Shown: piece after piece, positions 1 through 23,300 of the stretch
Layout: each line of letters starts with the position of its first letter
Numbering within the stretch: the first letter of the stretch is position 1
Assembly (NCBI GenBank): GCA_965203295.1
Contig: CBDBCZ010000008.1
Location: forward strand, 64,001 to 128,000
Source of the DNA: Nitrospirales bacterium
GTDB lineage: Bacteria > Nitrospirota > Nitrospiria > Nitrospirales > UBA8639
DNA length: 64,000 nucleotides
Direction of reading: 5' to 3'
Notes under the pieces: generated by a model
What the model saw: only the letters and a program-made list of their open reading frames with translations
Told to the model about the DNA's origin: nothing
Databases searched by the model: none
Position numbers and translations under genes: made by a program

Positions 1-134
1 AAAGTCACGGGCCTGGGAACAAGGCTACTTTCTGCATACATATACATGTACAAGCGCTGGTATTCATTATATTGAGCAGAGAATACCATCATAATATACG
101 TACTCTACTACTTGCACAATATACCGCTCTCCAG

Positions 135-9514
<9,380 letters not shown>

Positions 9515-9870
9515 GGCCTCAACATTAAAGGAAAAACTCCTTTCTTGTGTTTCAGAAATTTTACATGATTGTACATACATGTACATGTACCTATATTATA
9601 CGTATGTACCCAGATTCCGCTGCGGGGTCATAAATCCCCCGGCCACTTCCCAGTGTGTTATATAAAGTAAAAATATTTATCTACATGTGTATACATGTAG
9701 TCTGCGGCGCACGAAGTTTATATTTTTTTACGCGAGTCACCCCGGAAATTAATTAGGTGCGTACGTCGTAATTAGGTTTGCCTTTAATACTTAAAGACCT
9801 GAGAGTGCACGACATCTCAGATCGGAAATCAGTCAGCGTGTGGCTGCGGCTAGTTTGTGCCTAAGACGCC

Positions 9871-12800
9871 ATGGCTAGATTGTGTGCTGGTCTCGTCCTA
9901 CCCTACCTACTGATCACTTTTCTGGGTTGGAGCATCTACCCTGGCAAGACGGACGGCGGATCTAAGAGTGAGTTGACCACAGACTAGACGGCGATTGACC
10001 CACAGGCGGCGTATATTTTTTTCTAACCTAAAGTATGTCGTAAATTTAGGCCATCACTAAGACATGTGGGGAAGAGGGTAGAGTACCAGGGTTTCAATGC
10101 TGGGGGTACACTCCCCGAAATATTTTGAGAGGCCATCTGGCGGCTTCTGAGGCTACTGTGCAGAGGAGCTTCAGTGCGAGGCTCGATTCAGTGACGTGAA
10201 ACTTGCATCTGTTTTAAGGTGAAAGCTCCCCCCCCCCCCCCCCCCCAATCCCCTCACTGGATGTAACCCTGGGTACTTAATGCTTCAAGGATCAGTCACG
10301 TCACTTGCATAAGTGGAAGTAAATCAAAGTTTGCGAGGTAGAAGGCAGCCTCCCATCCGCTTTCCAGTAGCGTACCAGACACTACATGTATCGCTTTCCC
10401 ACGAGCCAGACTTTGACACAAGGAACGTGCACTACTGGCACAAAACATAAGTGTGGCAATGCATGTTGCAACAACTATTAAGAATTTAAAAGTACTTGCA
10501 CAGACATGTCTTTGCAAATGAGGACTGCAAAGCAATTAGTGATGACCTTACAGGTCAGGTGGCCCTATTGTACTGTAGAAATTTGTGGGGAGTGAGCCTG
10601 TGTGAGATTCAAGTTAGCCATGTTTAAATTATAGAATCTTGCATTGTACAAGTAGTTCTTTACCGTCTTATGGTACACCTGTGCAGCTATTTGTAAGCGT
10701 TATTTTCACCCGAGTGTCGCAGAAAACGGCAGTCTCAATCCTGTATCCAATACCGGTGTAGTGCGTACTGTCGAGTCTTTCATCAGCTAGTGCCCATTGC
10801 CCAATACAGGCAGACATGCATGTAGACATGTGTACAGCATTGTGCTATTCATGTTGTACATGAAGTGGAAATGATGTAATACCATTTTTGCTGACTAACA
10901 TACCCTAGCGTGGCTTCATGGCAGGCATGCCTTGTTGCATGTGTGTAGTGGCCTCGTACCCAGGCCTCCCTCTCAGCTCTTTTTATGGCCAGCCCTCACA
11001 GTTTTTTCCCGCTATGTGTGTAGCTTTTATTGTCAATACCAGTATAGTGCGTACTGTTGATTCTTCCATCAGCTAGTGCCCATTGCCCAATACAGGCAGA
11101 CATGCATGTAGACATGTGTACAGCATTGTGCTATTCATGTTGTACATGAAGTGGAAATGATGTAATACCATTTTTGCTGACTAACATACCCTAGCGTGGC
11201 TTCATGGCAGGCATGCCTTGTTGCATGTGTGTAGTGGCCTCGTACCCAGGCCTCCCTCTCAGCTCTTTTTATGGCCAGCCCTCACAGTTTTTTTCCCCCC
11301 GCTATGTGTGTAGCTTTTAATGTCATTTCTTGCTTGATCTTCTGTTTCTCCAGCCACATTACCTCTACAATTTTGCACGAAATTGCATATGTTTAGCCGC
11401 TTTACTGCATAAGCTGGCACAGATAGGCTCCGAACTGCTGCTAAACTGCAATGTAATTGATTACATAGTTTTCATTAACCAACACTGGTAGAAGATTTTG
11501 GGCCAAAAATCAAGAAGCTATATAGCTGCTGGGCATGTTTACAATTTCATTATCTATGGTTTAGTGAGGGAAGGGCTTGTGAGTGCTGCTTGGTGGTGTG
11601 GTCAGGAAGCCCTCTCTCAAGCTCCTAGGGCTGTGTATACTGTCATGTGTGTACATGTGCTTTTAAGGTTATCTGTAATCTGACCTGCCACAGACTCAGA
11701 CTTAATTGCTGAGACAGCATTCTGACCACATGCATGCACACTTCTTGTGTAGGTCATTCACCCTGAACGCTTTCAGTATGCTAGCCTTTGATCAATTTGC
11801 AGTACCATGTTTACTTGTAGGCACAATAGGCATTAAAGCAATTGGCATGTGTGACATTGTGCATCTGATAGTAAGAGAGGAACAATAGCAGACTTCCTTA
11901 CTGGGCATGCATAATCTCATACTATTCTATCCAGTTCTTTAACTGGTTTATTAAACTGGTTTAAACGCCCAGTGCACATTTAAAATACAAGTAGAGAAGT
12001 GATTTAGCATCCTGCAGCATGGAATGATCTAGTGTACACATGGGTGAATGAACAGGATCCAACGTCTATTCAGCCTATACAACTCATTGAACTACTCAAC
12101 CCAAACCAGGGCCACTCTAAACACTACCAAATATATGCAAGAGGGTGCAGGTCACAAGGTCAAGGGGTCAAGAGGTGTATTTCTGTATGATCAAATGGCC
12201 AAGATCCATTTTGAAAGACAGTCAAAGTAGTCAACATGATTTTTGACCCTGGTCTTAGCTATGACTACAGTGTATATTGGAGTGACCACCCCTTGAGCAA
12301 TTCTATCCAATACCTAACAAATTTACTACAGATACTCACTCTTTCCATAGAATAGAAAGTGTTTAAATTGTTGATGACAGACAGCCTCACTGAAACAAGT
12401 GTGTCCTTTGGTCATATATACCTGCTTGTGCGTGCATGTACATGCATGTTGTGAAATTATGTATTCTTGGCATTGAATTTTGAACCCTGGTAGGAGTGGA
12501 AGCTCAAAGGTCATGTTTACATCATGAAAGTTTGTTTATAGTAAAGTTGTAATCTTGGTTTACTTTGCAGATTTTGCCAACAATGTCCAAGCAGTAGCAA
12601 TTGAAGATAGCGACAATGGATTGGAAGTTGTTTGGACATCATCAATCGAGTTTAAAAGTGGTCTCCCACCGAACAATTTGACACTACCGGATCAACGCAT
12701 TGCACGGGAGTGTGGCAAGGACCTCTGCAATCTAGTTGTTGTTGTAAACAATTCTGTGCTTTTCGCTGTTAGTGATGGGGTCTTATTTGTGAAGTTTACG

Positions 12801-15800
12801 ATTGCAAATGGAACTTTCGAGGCCAACCCTTCATTCCATGTCCTTGATTGGCCAACCACACGGCGTCTACCTTGTCAGCCGATTACAGTACTTAGACCCT
12901 CTTCGAACAACCTATTCGTAGCCTGTGTAAACACATCAGACTCTGCCTATCTAAATAACCGTTTTATAAAACTCAACCTTAATATGGAGAATTTGGCCGC
13001 TTCGACTCTTAACCCGACTCCCATTTATTCCGGTCATCTGACAATCCCCATCTCGCTGACCACTTTCATTTCTGATGTTGACACGGGGTGCCCTTCCAAC
13101 GATCCCCTCAACCACATAGTATTTGCCAACCGTAACTTCATCAACGTCTACAGCATTCTAAACAGTAATATCTTCTATGATTTTCAGACCAGCGAGCACT
13201 GTTTGCGTGCCGATAGTCTGGAGTATTACGGTGGCTATACGCTTCTCGTAAGATGTCCTAACAGCATAGCCGAGAGGGTTGACCTGTGTGACGAGAACAC
13301 CATACAGCTGTATACTGAGAGTGTAACAGGAATTCCCTACCCTTGCGGTTCGTGGGACACGGTTGCCTACCTTCGGAGCAGTGGGATAGATATCGAGGCA
13401 CATGGTTTTCAAACATGGCAAGACAACTTGACCCTAGCCGGTGTGAGGAATGCTGAGTGTGTGGCTGTCGACGACAAGGTTTTCGTTGCATTACTGATAG
13501 ATGACAGAGTAGTTGTCATGGAAACTGGAAGCGAGCCTCCCTTCATCGTACTCACCAACGAGAGCTGCATTAATTCATCCCGTTGCTTTAAGCCACACAT
13601 CTCGAAGAGCAGGTTCATTAGCTACACGAATGGATCCCACTTTCTGCTGAAGGACTTGTACTGCTTGAGGGATCCTCCGATAATTGTGCTGGACTCTAAT
13701 CCGTACGCTGTTGAGGTAATAATCAACGAGATGCCTCCGTCAGTTGAGTGCGCAGTAACACCGACTCCTGCAACAATGGTCCCCCCGACTTCCCTCGCTA
13801 GCCCCGTTCCATCAGCCATTGAGACACCAGCTGTTCTAGAAACTGCTACTAATATCACAGCTCTCCCAACTCCACGCCCTAGTCCCAAGCCGCCTGTTGT
13901 CAAGCCACCAGCTACGGCAGCCTTAAACCCGAGAGATGTTGCAGTCATTACAGTAGTACTCACTGTGCTTTTTCTAATAGTGATTGCATTTATCATCATT
14001 GGAACTATTCAGTAAGTATACCAGAGCACAGCATTGTACTGGGGTTCATTCTGTAATATTGTTTGGTAGCCTCGTTCCCAGGCTCTACTGCACAGCTTTT
14101 TTTGGGGGACAGTAGAGTCTGGGAACGAGGCTAATTATTTTGCACTTTGGCTAATTGTAATAATCTCTTATAAGGGGAAGCTTTTTCTCACACTATTCCC
14201 TTCCCATGCATGGAGCTAGTTTCTAGAAACAATCTACACTACTTTCCATGTATAATATATTGTGTGGCCTACTTTCAATCACTTGCCTCATATACTACTC
14301 TCTACTTCTGCTATAGGTACCGAAAGCACCATACTGGTACTGGAAGACCTATGCATGTTGCACTGGCATGTTTAAGGTCAGTTTACTGTTAGTTTGGCAT
14401 GAGTACAAAGTCAGACTCTGGCTTTTGCTATTACAATAATATATCCGTACAAGTAGTTGTGCTCGCTTCGCTCGCACAACTACTTGTGTTTGTTGAACTC
14501 GCTCGCTCTGTACGGATTGAGATTAAAGATGTAATCTGCATGTGATTTGTTGGTCTGTAGGGTACATTTAGCTCGTAGTGCGCTGGCAGACTGAAACGTG
14601 GAGACAGTGCTACAGAGAAGATTACAATCAACTGTAAAACAGTATAGGCATGCTGGGACTACAGCCTAGCTCTTCACAGCCATAACCTAGTGTATATATC
14701 CTGTAAGTGAATGGTACTGATTGTATTCTCAGCATGGCTACTTGCATGTTCATACATAATCACTGTAGTAGTAAGAAAGGTTCAGTGTCAGTAAATGTGC
14801 TCACCGGAGGCAGTGAGTCAGAGGAGAGACTACAAACAGCTGCTAAACCACACAGGCAAGCCATACCACAGCAGGCGAACGGCAACGACTCCATTTAATG
14901 CACATCGACGTGGTTAGCCTAGCATAGTAGGTATACCTCTGCTTGGCTTTCACTTACAGGGCTATACCGAAACTAACCTTTGTGTTAAAGTGCCTGACAT
15001 CGCAAGACTAAGTCTTGTAGTCACTGGAAAGAGCTAGCATCTTTTCGCACTTAATATATTGATACGTGGTACTTTGACCTGTGACCGTGACCTTCGCTGG
15101 TCACAGGTGAAAGTTCATCCGGGAGCGTGCGCATGCGGCTTCCGTTTTCGTTTTTCACACGTACGCACGAACGAACACACGGACGGACGCACGGACACAA
15201 CCAGGCGTAATAATAGATACTCACTGAATAGCACAATGCTAGTGTGACTCATTGCTGACCATTGATATTTCTCTATCATCAGCCCCACTGAGTCATCTCA
15301 AACATTGCCACGTTCATGCTCCCGCTCCCCACCACCACCGGACGCAGATTCCCCACCACCACGGGACGCAGATTCCCCACCACCACCGGATGCAGATTCC
15401 CCACCACCACCGGACGCAGATTCCCCACCACCACCGGACACAGATTCCCCACCACCACCGGACGCAGATTCCCCACCACCACCGGACGCAGATTCCCCAC
15501 CACCGCCGGACGCAGATTCCCCACCACCACCGGACGCAGATACCACCAACGGCTCTGCAGTTAGTGAATCAAGTTTACCTTCGAATGTGACTTCTGTTGG
15601 GGCCGCACAGCTTTCTTATTATATACAACCTTCAGAAGTACACACAGGTGCTAGGGCCTACTATCCCAATTGCCACACTCAGGAAATGATACCAAGTCAA
15701 GCACCCCAAGCAAACTCTGAGCAGCCCAGCTGCAGTACTTCCAGCCTGACAGACAGTACATCATCTCAGGAGCCTTTAACCGGCAGTTTGGACCATCTTG

Positions 15801-16096
15801 ATCGTGAAGAGCCAAAATCGAAACCATTTAGTACAATGTCATGTACTGTTCCTGCCGTTTCACCTGAAGGTCCAGTTGGTTATGTCCATCCAACTGAGGA
15901 AACCCAAGATCCTCAAAATGATATGCCTAATCGTTCTGATACTGTTGCAGGACGCCATGTGAATGTTCCTCACCGGAATATTCACTCTGACAACATCCAT
16001 CAAGCTGATGAAGAGCGAATAAACCTTTCGGACTATAAGGCTAGACAATCACCGCCACCACCACCACCACCACCACCACCACCACCACCACGCTGA
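9871..16096 (+). CDS. Receptor R1, type I membrane protein. Exons 9871-9967 (signal peptide), 12571-14011 (ectodomain, Pro/Thr stalk, TM), 14317-14376, 15283-16096 (Pro-rich tail)
   Basis: Signal MARLCAGLVLPYLLITFLGW; intron phases 1/2/2 join in frame; TM VAVITVVLTVLFLIVIAFIIIG; Cys pattern (ECG..C, C.P, ACVN, VRCP, PYPCG, C....C.KP) shared with R2-R8. Most divergent member. Confidence 0.8.
10749..11325. repeat. Direct tandem duplication, ~286-bp unit x2, in R1 intron 1
   Basis: aataccggtgtagtgcgtactgt... at 10749 recurs as aataccagtatagtgcgtactgt... at 11035 with a near-identical body. Confidence 0.9.
14450..15217 (-). mobile_element. Non-autonomous Helitron-like element, copy 2 (R1 intron 3)
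   Basis: Same caagtagttgtgctcgcttcgctcgcacaactacttg hairpin end; the other end reads TCTATTATTAC on the minus strand; flanked by A and T. Confidence 0.65.
15326..15541 (+). repeat. Coding 24-bp minisatellite x9 encoding (SPPPPDAD)n in the R1 tail
   Basis: Unit tccccaccaccaccggacgcagat repeated 9 times, in frame. Confidence 0.95.
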
Positions 16097-17449
16097 TGTT
16101 GTGTTTGTAAATAGTATGTTTGTGTGAATTCAAGTGAAATTTAATAATTGCATGAGTAAACTAGAGGTCTCTAGCAGAGACATACCCCGCGCTCCTGGAC
16201 CCTGCACACTGCAATGCCGTATATGAGCTGTAGGCATGGCTGATAACCGTAGTAATGATACATGTGTTTCAATACGTATACTCCAGTATGCTTTCTATCT
16301 GAGTACGGCTTCTAAGCTCCATGTTGAATAAAAGACTCGTATAACATACTCGAGGGCTGACCGATTACTTAACCTATACAACAATACAATACAATACTGC
16401 TTCAGGCAAAAGTGTACCAGCGGTACAGTGACAATGCAAAAGAAGAGACACAAAACACAAAAAAAAACAAGAAAACCAAAAAAACAAAACAAAACAAAAC
16501 AAAAACAAAACAAAACAAAAAAAAAACAATACAAAGCTAAATGACACCGTCCACAGTGGGGGGAGGGAAGGATGACGGTGGAGCCAAAGGCACGCATTCC
16601 CCCGCCACAGGGCGATGGCGAGTCGTCTTAACCCCGCTTGCGCCACCGCGCGCGGGGTAATTATGGGGCCTGGGGCCCTACATGTACATGTAAGGATTTC
16701 TTGCTTCAATCCTATACTACCCACTACATGTACTTGCATACCCTGCCAATGAACATGGTTGTAGTTCTAGCTAGTACCACCCAGTTTCCCAGCTGGACTG
16801 TATTTCCTGTGAAATTAACCAGCATATAAGCTTAAATTACAATGTATGTTTAAATATTGTACTCCATTATTTAAATTTTGCGCATATAGATTAATAGCGT
16901 GACTATGAGTGTAAGGATTAATGTAGCTTGTAAATGATTCCACATTGTTGCACGACCGTGTCTATAATTATACAGCTAATTTACATTCGCGCATGCGCAA
17001 ACGCGTATAACTCACGTGATCTTTGCGTGGCCCGTACATACCTGTACATGGGTACATGCTACTAATAGCCTCATAATCGGGCCTGGGAACAATGTATAAG
17101 CTCGGGGCAATGGTGAAAGCTGTATACGAGCACAAGACTTATCTTGCTCTACGTGGCATATATAGAGAAGACGTATAATATAATGTGTTATAACTAATTA
17201 TTGGACATAATAGCTTGGCATACTACAAATTCACAAAATAATGTAATTAGCTATGCACAAGAATAAAAATATGAGGCTACCGGAGTGAAACATAAATAAC
17301 CAAGTATAGAATACAACATAACAACACCACATTAAAATAAGTGATCCTACATGCAGCTGCCAGTTCATTATCAAACTCCAGCTCAGGTATAATAAAATTA
17401 CAGAAAAGGCTTTACAAAATCATACTAGCTACCTGGCACGTGTGAAAGA

Positions 17450-20167
17450 CTAAACCATTTCGGAGTTGTTTAGTTTCTGCCCTTCTGGGTCTGTGGACGG
17501 CAGAGGATCGACACTCAGTTCAAGCGGGTCCTGATGCTCTGCTGTGGCTGGCAGAGGAGTGACACTCGGTTCCTGATGCTCTGACTCTGTAGCATGTTGA
17601 GAATTCGAATTGGCATTTTCATTAGTTGAACGGTTGGGACCAAAAGTTGGCACTACTAGTGGCAGTGTCTGCCCACGATCCTCTTCAACCACCTGAAGCG
17701 GGTGTTGTGCACGTGGTTCTAGCTCGATTTCTTCTTCTATCAGTCGTTTATTTGTTCTGGAGGATATATTGAAGCCATTCTATAATGATCATGCAGTGCA
17801 ACAGTAGCTGATATATACTGCGCAATCCCTCGATCATTATTGTTGGAACCACGAAATGCTTGGTATAATGTATAGCTACATGTAGTCTCGCGGTCCAGGC
17901 GATTTTGTCTAGCCCGCGAGACTAAGCTACATGTACATAGGCTGGCCAGATTGCATGACTGCTATGTAGTGATAAAGACGTGTGGCTACGATAGTAAACA
18001 TGTTTATAGGAACTACTTACTTTGATGGAGGTATTGGTACAGTCTGATTGAAAGCCAGATAGCTAGTCTGTAGCTATAGTTAATGGGATCAGTTGCTTAG
18101 ATATATGCTATGAATGGGTTTAACGACCTAGCCCCTAACCTGAACCCTGACTCTAGCTATGACACAGTTTGAGTGCATGCAGTAGGTAATAGTTATATCC
18201 CTGCAAAATGGTGTGTATCAGCCATACATGCCCGAGGCGGAGCCGAGGGCATGTATGAGCTGATACACACCTTTTGCAGGGATATAACTATTATATATCC
18301 TGTTACCATAGCAATATGTTATGACAGCTAAACCACATCAAGCAGTGCTTTTACCTTGCACACATTGCATTGGCTTCTGCAATGCAATTATGCCTGTACT
18401 ATCACAATCATCATGGTGTGTGTGTGTATCAGGAATATTACACAGCTATTACCATAGTAACAGGATATATTATGATGTCAACATCCTGACATTATACACC
18501 TACTCATTTCCTGTACTCAACTAAAGCAATGTCAATAATTGATATTCATAGGCTGTACTATGAACTGAACTTACCTCTTAGCCTTAATACGCTTGTACAC
18601 AATAGGTGTAGCAATAAATATTAATATCAGAGCCACTGCGCCAAGTACACCCATAGCAACAGGTAGTGCGATTTTTTTCTTGTGGGACACATCAGGGCTA
18701 GAAGTAGGTGGCACCATCATTGTCGATGTTGGTTCAGGTGTTGGTATGGATGTAGAAGTGGAGTGAGGGGTGAGAGGTTGCAGAACTGGAACTATCGTCA
18801 TTAAGTCCGGTTGTAGGTTCCTAGCTTCGATGACGGTGCGGAAATTAGCCTGGGAGTCGACCACAGTGGTTATGTTCTCTTCTCCTCCACTGAAAACCAC
18901 ATATCGGTCGTTAAAGACCCTGGTTACTCCATAAGAGCGTGGAGATAGCGTCGTTCTTGTAGCATTACCATCTTCTGCTATTACTACTGTGTTTACAGCT
19001 CCAGTGTTTGCATCGCTATACACAAAGATACTGCTGTTGGCTCCAAAGCACCTTCCAGTGCTGATGCTGGGGATGTCAATGCAGTCCTCACTGGCCTGAT
19101 TTCGTCTGTAGGAGAGACAGGCTATGTTGGAAAAGTAGAGAAACTTCACGTTGTTTCTCGGACACAAGTAAGGGTGGCCATTGTCATCGTACGGTAGCTT
19201 CTCGTGTACTTCTTGGTGGACGAGATCAATGTAGAGCGCACTATCGTTGCAGTACACTAACAGCATCTGGCTACCGGCATACCTCATTTCAGTAATCGCT
19301 GGGCAGTAGTTGCTGATGTTGACTGTAGTTACGAGATTGAATACCGTTGGGTCAAATCCTATGATGTAATTGCCTGTTTGAAACAGGATCTGGTGCCTAC
19401 GACCGTGAAATGCATCACCGAGGTCTGCATACACGGGCTTGGAAATCGGAGAGAGGCTCGTTGGATTAAGGTTCTCTATAAGGGGCTGACTGAAATTCGA
19501 ACGTTGAATGAAAGAGGTGTTGAGGTAAAGCTCGAATATCGTCAGAAATCCATCTTCAAGATTCAAGCAGGGTGTGTACACGTGGCCATTGATATCGAAA
19601 AATTTGATAGGACTACAGTGAGCTCGGACTTCCAAGGTATAGTTGTCGAAGATTGCAAAGCTGGAGCTAATATTGTCGTATTGCAAAACAACGATGAGAA
19701 GTGCCCTAGTGCTGGGAACAAGGATGGCATACCGCAGCTGGGACACTCCCTCTTCTCTAATTACAGAACTTGACAAGTCCTCACATCGAATATTGTCCTC
19801 GCCACATTCTGTGGGAAGGTATTGGTCAGGGAAGGCCAGTGTGGTATCCTGAGACCCAGACACCACCCTTAGTTCAATGCCGTCAGTGTCATTACTAACA
19901 AAGAATCCAGTGGGTTGGTATCTGCTGTTTACATCTACAGGGTTATGAATGAATTATAAAAACCGCGAGGTACAAACCACATCCATTTATACCAGCCCCT
20001 CCCTCCTTTTAACTTGTTTGTTGTCTCTATAGATATCCATTATGATGATTATCAACAAATAATTTCCATTATACACCAATGTACTACTACTACTAACACT
20101 AACCTACTATTGCTGGCACGATGTAGGCAAACAATGCTGACCACAAGATCGCTGCTCTTGGACTCAT
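17450..20167 (-). CDS. Receptor R2. Exons (minus) 20167-20104, 19934-18575, 17756-17450
   Basis: Signal MSPRAAILWSALFAYIVPAIV; phase 1 then phase 2 introns; ectodomain Cys pattern (ECGEDNIRC, HCSP, PCLN, VYCN, GHPYLCP, GRCFG); TM IALPVAMGVLGAVALILIFIA followed by KRIKAKR. Confidence 0.85.
17883..17924. mobile_element. 42-bp TAG...CTA mini-element (AcademH-type MITE) with 9-bp TSD
   Basis: agctacatg|tagtctcgcgg...ccgcgagacta|agctacatg. Confidence 0.7.
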
Positions 20168-20265
20168 CTTCTGATTAGGACAAACAGAAAGCGCTTGCTT
20201 GTGTTTGAGTAAACAAGTGTAGATGCGTCAACACGCGTCATAACGCGGGCCGGGTAACTAAACGT

Positions 20266-20298
20266 GGGGTTCCCCAGGGGATTCCCCAGGGACTCCCC
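20266..20298. promoter_or_regulatory. Three abutting NF-kappaB-type sites in the R2/R3 bidirectional promoter
   Basis: GGGGTTCCCC (20266-20275), GGGGATTCCCC (20277-20287) and GGGACTCCCC (20289-20298) each fit GGGRNNYYCC. They are separated by single A bases and lie about midway between the two ATGs (20167 and 20389). Confidence 0.6.
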
Positions 20299-20388
20299 CC
20301 CCCCCCTTCTACAACCCGCCGCTATACATGTACATTGTATAGCCTGCATGCACACTTTAATTCGGAAGCTATATATGAAGTGTAGAAT

Positions 20389-23300
20389 ATGGCAAGAGCT
20401 ACTGCGACCGTTTTATTGTTGTTACTTTTCTGTGCATATACGATATGTCTTGGTTCAAGTGGAGATGCAGGTGAGAAGGCGGTGTGAGCTCTAGTCTCGC
20501 GCGCCCGCCTCACTTCATGTGAGCTCATGGTCATATGATTTCATCCCTTATTGATAATCATTGATATGATATCAGGCTGCCTTTTCCTCCTATGCAGGGT
20601 CTGATGCAGAGTGCAGGACTGTGTACCTGATGGTTCTTAGGAACCACTCGGATGGAATTCACATTTCCTTGCTTTCAAGCAGTTCTCCACGGCCCGGTGT
20701 CAGTGATCCGCAAACACCTCGTGCTCGCTCCTCGGTGATACTTGAAAGCACGACAATCAGTCAGCGCTACCTCTCCTCAGAATGTGGCAGCCACTATTTT
20801 CGATGTGACGATCTTTTAGTTGTGGCCACACACTCGAATAATGAAGTATCGCAGTACGTCATTTTTGTTCCTCTCGTTGACGGTATTCTACTCATTCAAC
20901 TGAATCGTAATGGCTCGGACCTTTCAATTGCAAACTATCATATCATCGAGGTCGATATCGGGTGCAGTCCTTCTAAACTTTTGAAAATCAATGATTACAT
21001 TTTTTCTATCTGTCTGAATCTTGAAGCACGTTATCTGTCTGTACTTCAGCTCTACCTAGATCCTGATTCACTTAAGAATACTAAAATAAGCACTATTCTG
21101 ATGTTTTCAGGTCTGGAAAATCCGTCGACAGTTTCCAATTTCCAATTTATTCCCCTTGGTAATGATCCCAACAGTCAATTCGTCTACTTCTCCACCGGAA
21201 GGTATTTGTACGGCATAACTCCGCTCTCATACACCATCAACGAGTTCGGGGAATTTCAAGAGTGCAGATTTGCAGAGTCATTGATTTACGCAGGTGACGA
21301 GACTCTAATTGCATACTGTTACAACAAATCATCAGTTTATTTCAGTCTGGCTAGTGAGCAAGAATTCAGTCAAACATTCTACTCTACACATGGCCAACCA
21401 TTTGTCTGCCCTAACCATAACGTATTTTTATCAGTGTTTTCCTCAGCATCCTACATTCAGTTTGGTCTACAGAGCGACAACAGCAGAGTAAATGTTAACA
21501 TACCTGGCATGAGCTTTGACTCTGGGATTTGCTATGGTACGCAGAGCAGTGGCACACTCTTCGCTTTCTACGACGCAGAGAATGGGGTTTATGCCCTCCA
21601 TCTTGCTACATCTGTCTTCACCCGCCTCTCTTCCAAAGGATGCCTGCAGGATTCATGCGAACCACTGAAAGTATTTGAAGACCGATATGTGGTAATCAGG
21701 GAAAGAGAAGCTAATGATGCAAATGTAATTGTCGTAGACTCGTGGAAGAACTTTTCTAAGATAATTGACGGACAACACTTGCCTGCTGATCTCCTCACGC
21801 TCATCACGGTTGATCAAGGCTGCGCCACACAAACAACGGAATCTACTGTTCTAACAGAAGACAATACGAGTACGCACAAGTCTCAGAGCACAGCAATGTT
21901 GGCGATATATATAACACTTCCAATCGGTATAATATTCATAATAATGCTCATCATTCTGACAGTTTTTTTGCTGAGGTGGCGAAAAAAGTAAGTACATATC
22001 TACTGTTTTATGATACTGCACTGTAGTATTAATTTAACCACAGCATGTATTGATCCTATATACATGTAGGTTGTGCTTTTCACCACCCAAGCCAGCAGTA
22101 AAGGTATCTGATAATAGTAATACACTGCGTGATACTGAACTACTCCTCCACCCGAAACCAGCCAGTGGTGGTCAACCTCCTGAATACATAAAAGTTCTCA
22201 AGCCCAATAATTGCGATGTTCCCAGTGATTGTATTCTACCTTCACACAATCATGTTTATGAAGATAAACCTACTCACACTGAAGAGACAGCAGCAGATTT
22301 AGAGCGGACAGAAGGCGAACCAGATGGTGAGCTTTTTGCTCTAGCCACTTCACTAATATATTGGATACTTTTTTCTTTGTTATCACCCAACAGCTCCCCA
22401 GACTGATCATGTGTTGCCAAAAAACCAACCCTCCAGTGAACCAGAGTAAGTCCAATACTTATGTCAATATTCAGTACATGAATACTGCATGACAGCTCAG
22501 CAGGAAGTCTATAGTACAGCGTTTGTACTTTCACTGACCTTCAATGTTATTTATGAATCCATAGCTAGATGTTATTTTTGTGTGTATAGTGTACATAATG
22601 GTGGTTATGAGTGCCTTAATGAATAATTAATGAGCATGGAAGCTTTGGAAGTTCTTGGTTAGACACAGGTTGTTCATGTCAATTCGATCCCTGTGTACAT
22701 AACACTTTTATAATGCAAGCGTACTATGCCTCGCTGACATCATCGTACCACCGGGGGCCCCCGGGCTTGATAGCCAAGCCGGGGCACTGCCCCCCGAATA
22801 CACGTGGGGACGACTTTTTTCGCGACTAAGCCAGTCGCAAGAATAACAGATCAGCTGAAACGGCTGCTAGGCCAGTAGCTATGTCAAAACGACTGGTATC
22901 CAGGCGAATGATGTCTGTATCTACAACATTTTCCCAAAGAGCAGCCACAGCTGCCATGAGAGAGTGGACATGCTACATAAAACTTGCATTCTTATCGCTC
23001 GATCGTGCCGTCCGTCTCCAGCCCTCGAATCTCTGCTTACAGAGCGGCTATACAGACTGTACTAACCTAGGAGCTGTAGTAAGCCTTACTTGATAAAACT
23101 GTGTAGTAGACTTGTCCAGATCTCTGCCTGTTTCTGCACCAAAAGTTTGAAGACGGCATCCACGAGACTGCGTGAGACGCCATTTTGAACTCATGGCTTG
23201 CCCCGGGCCCCCGGGGAGTGTGACACACAGATATATATATTATATATATACATATAAACGCTAGCTGAGATTCTGAGCCCGTATGTCGCGATTATTGGCC

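Noticed and set aside
15252..15590. Alternative-frame ORFs over the 24-bp repeat (HHHRTQIP, GGGGESAS, PTTTGRRF)
   Set aside because: The repeat has no stops in several frames; only the SPPPPDAD frame matches the splice phase.
16295..16739. Hydrophobic Phe/Cys/Val-rich minus-strand ORFs
   Set aside because: They derive from an A-rich (CAAAA)n low-complexity tract.
22327..22406. Second TM segment in R3 (LFALATSLIYWILFSLL)
   Set aside because: It lies in a probable 67-nt GT-AG intron (22327-22393); the hydrophobicity reflects the pyrimidine tract.
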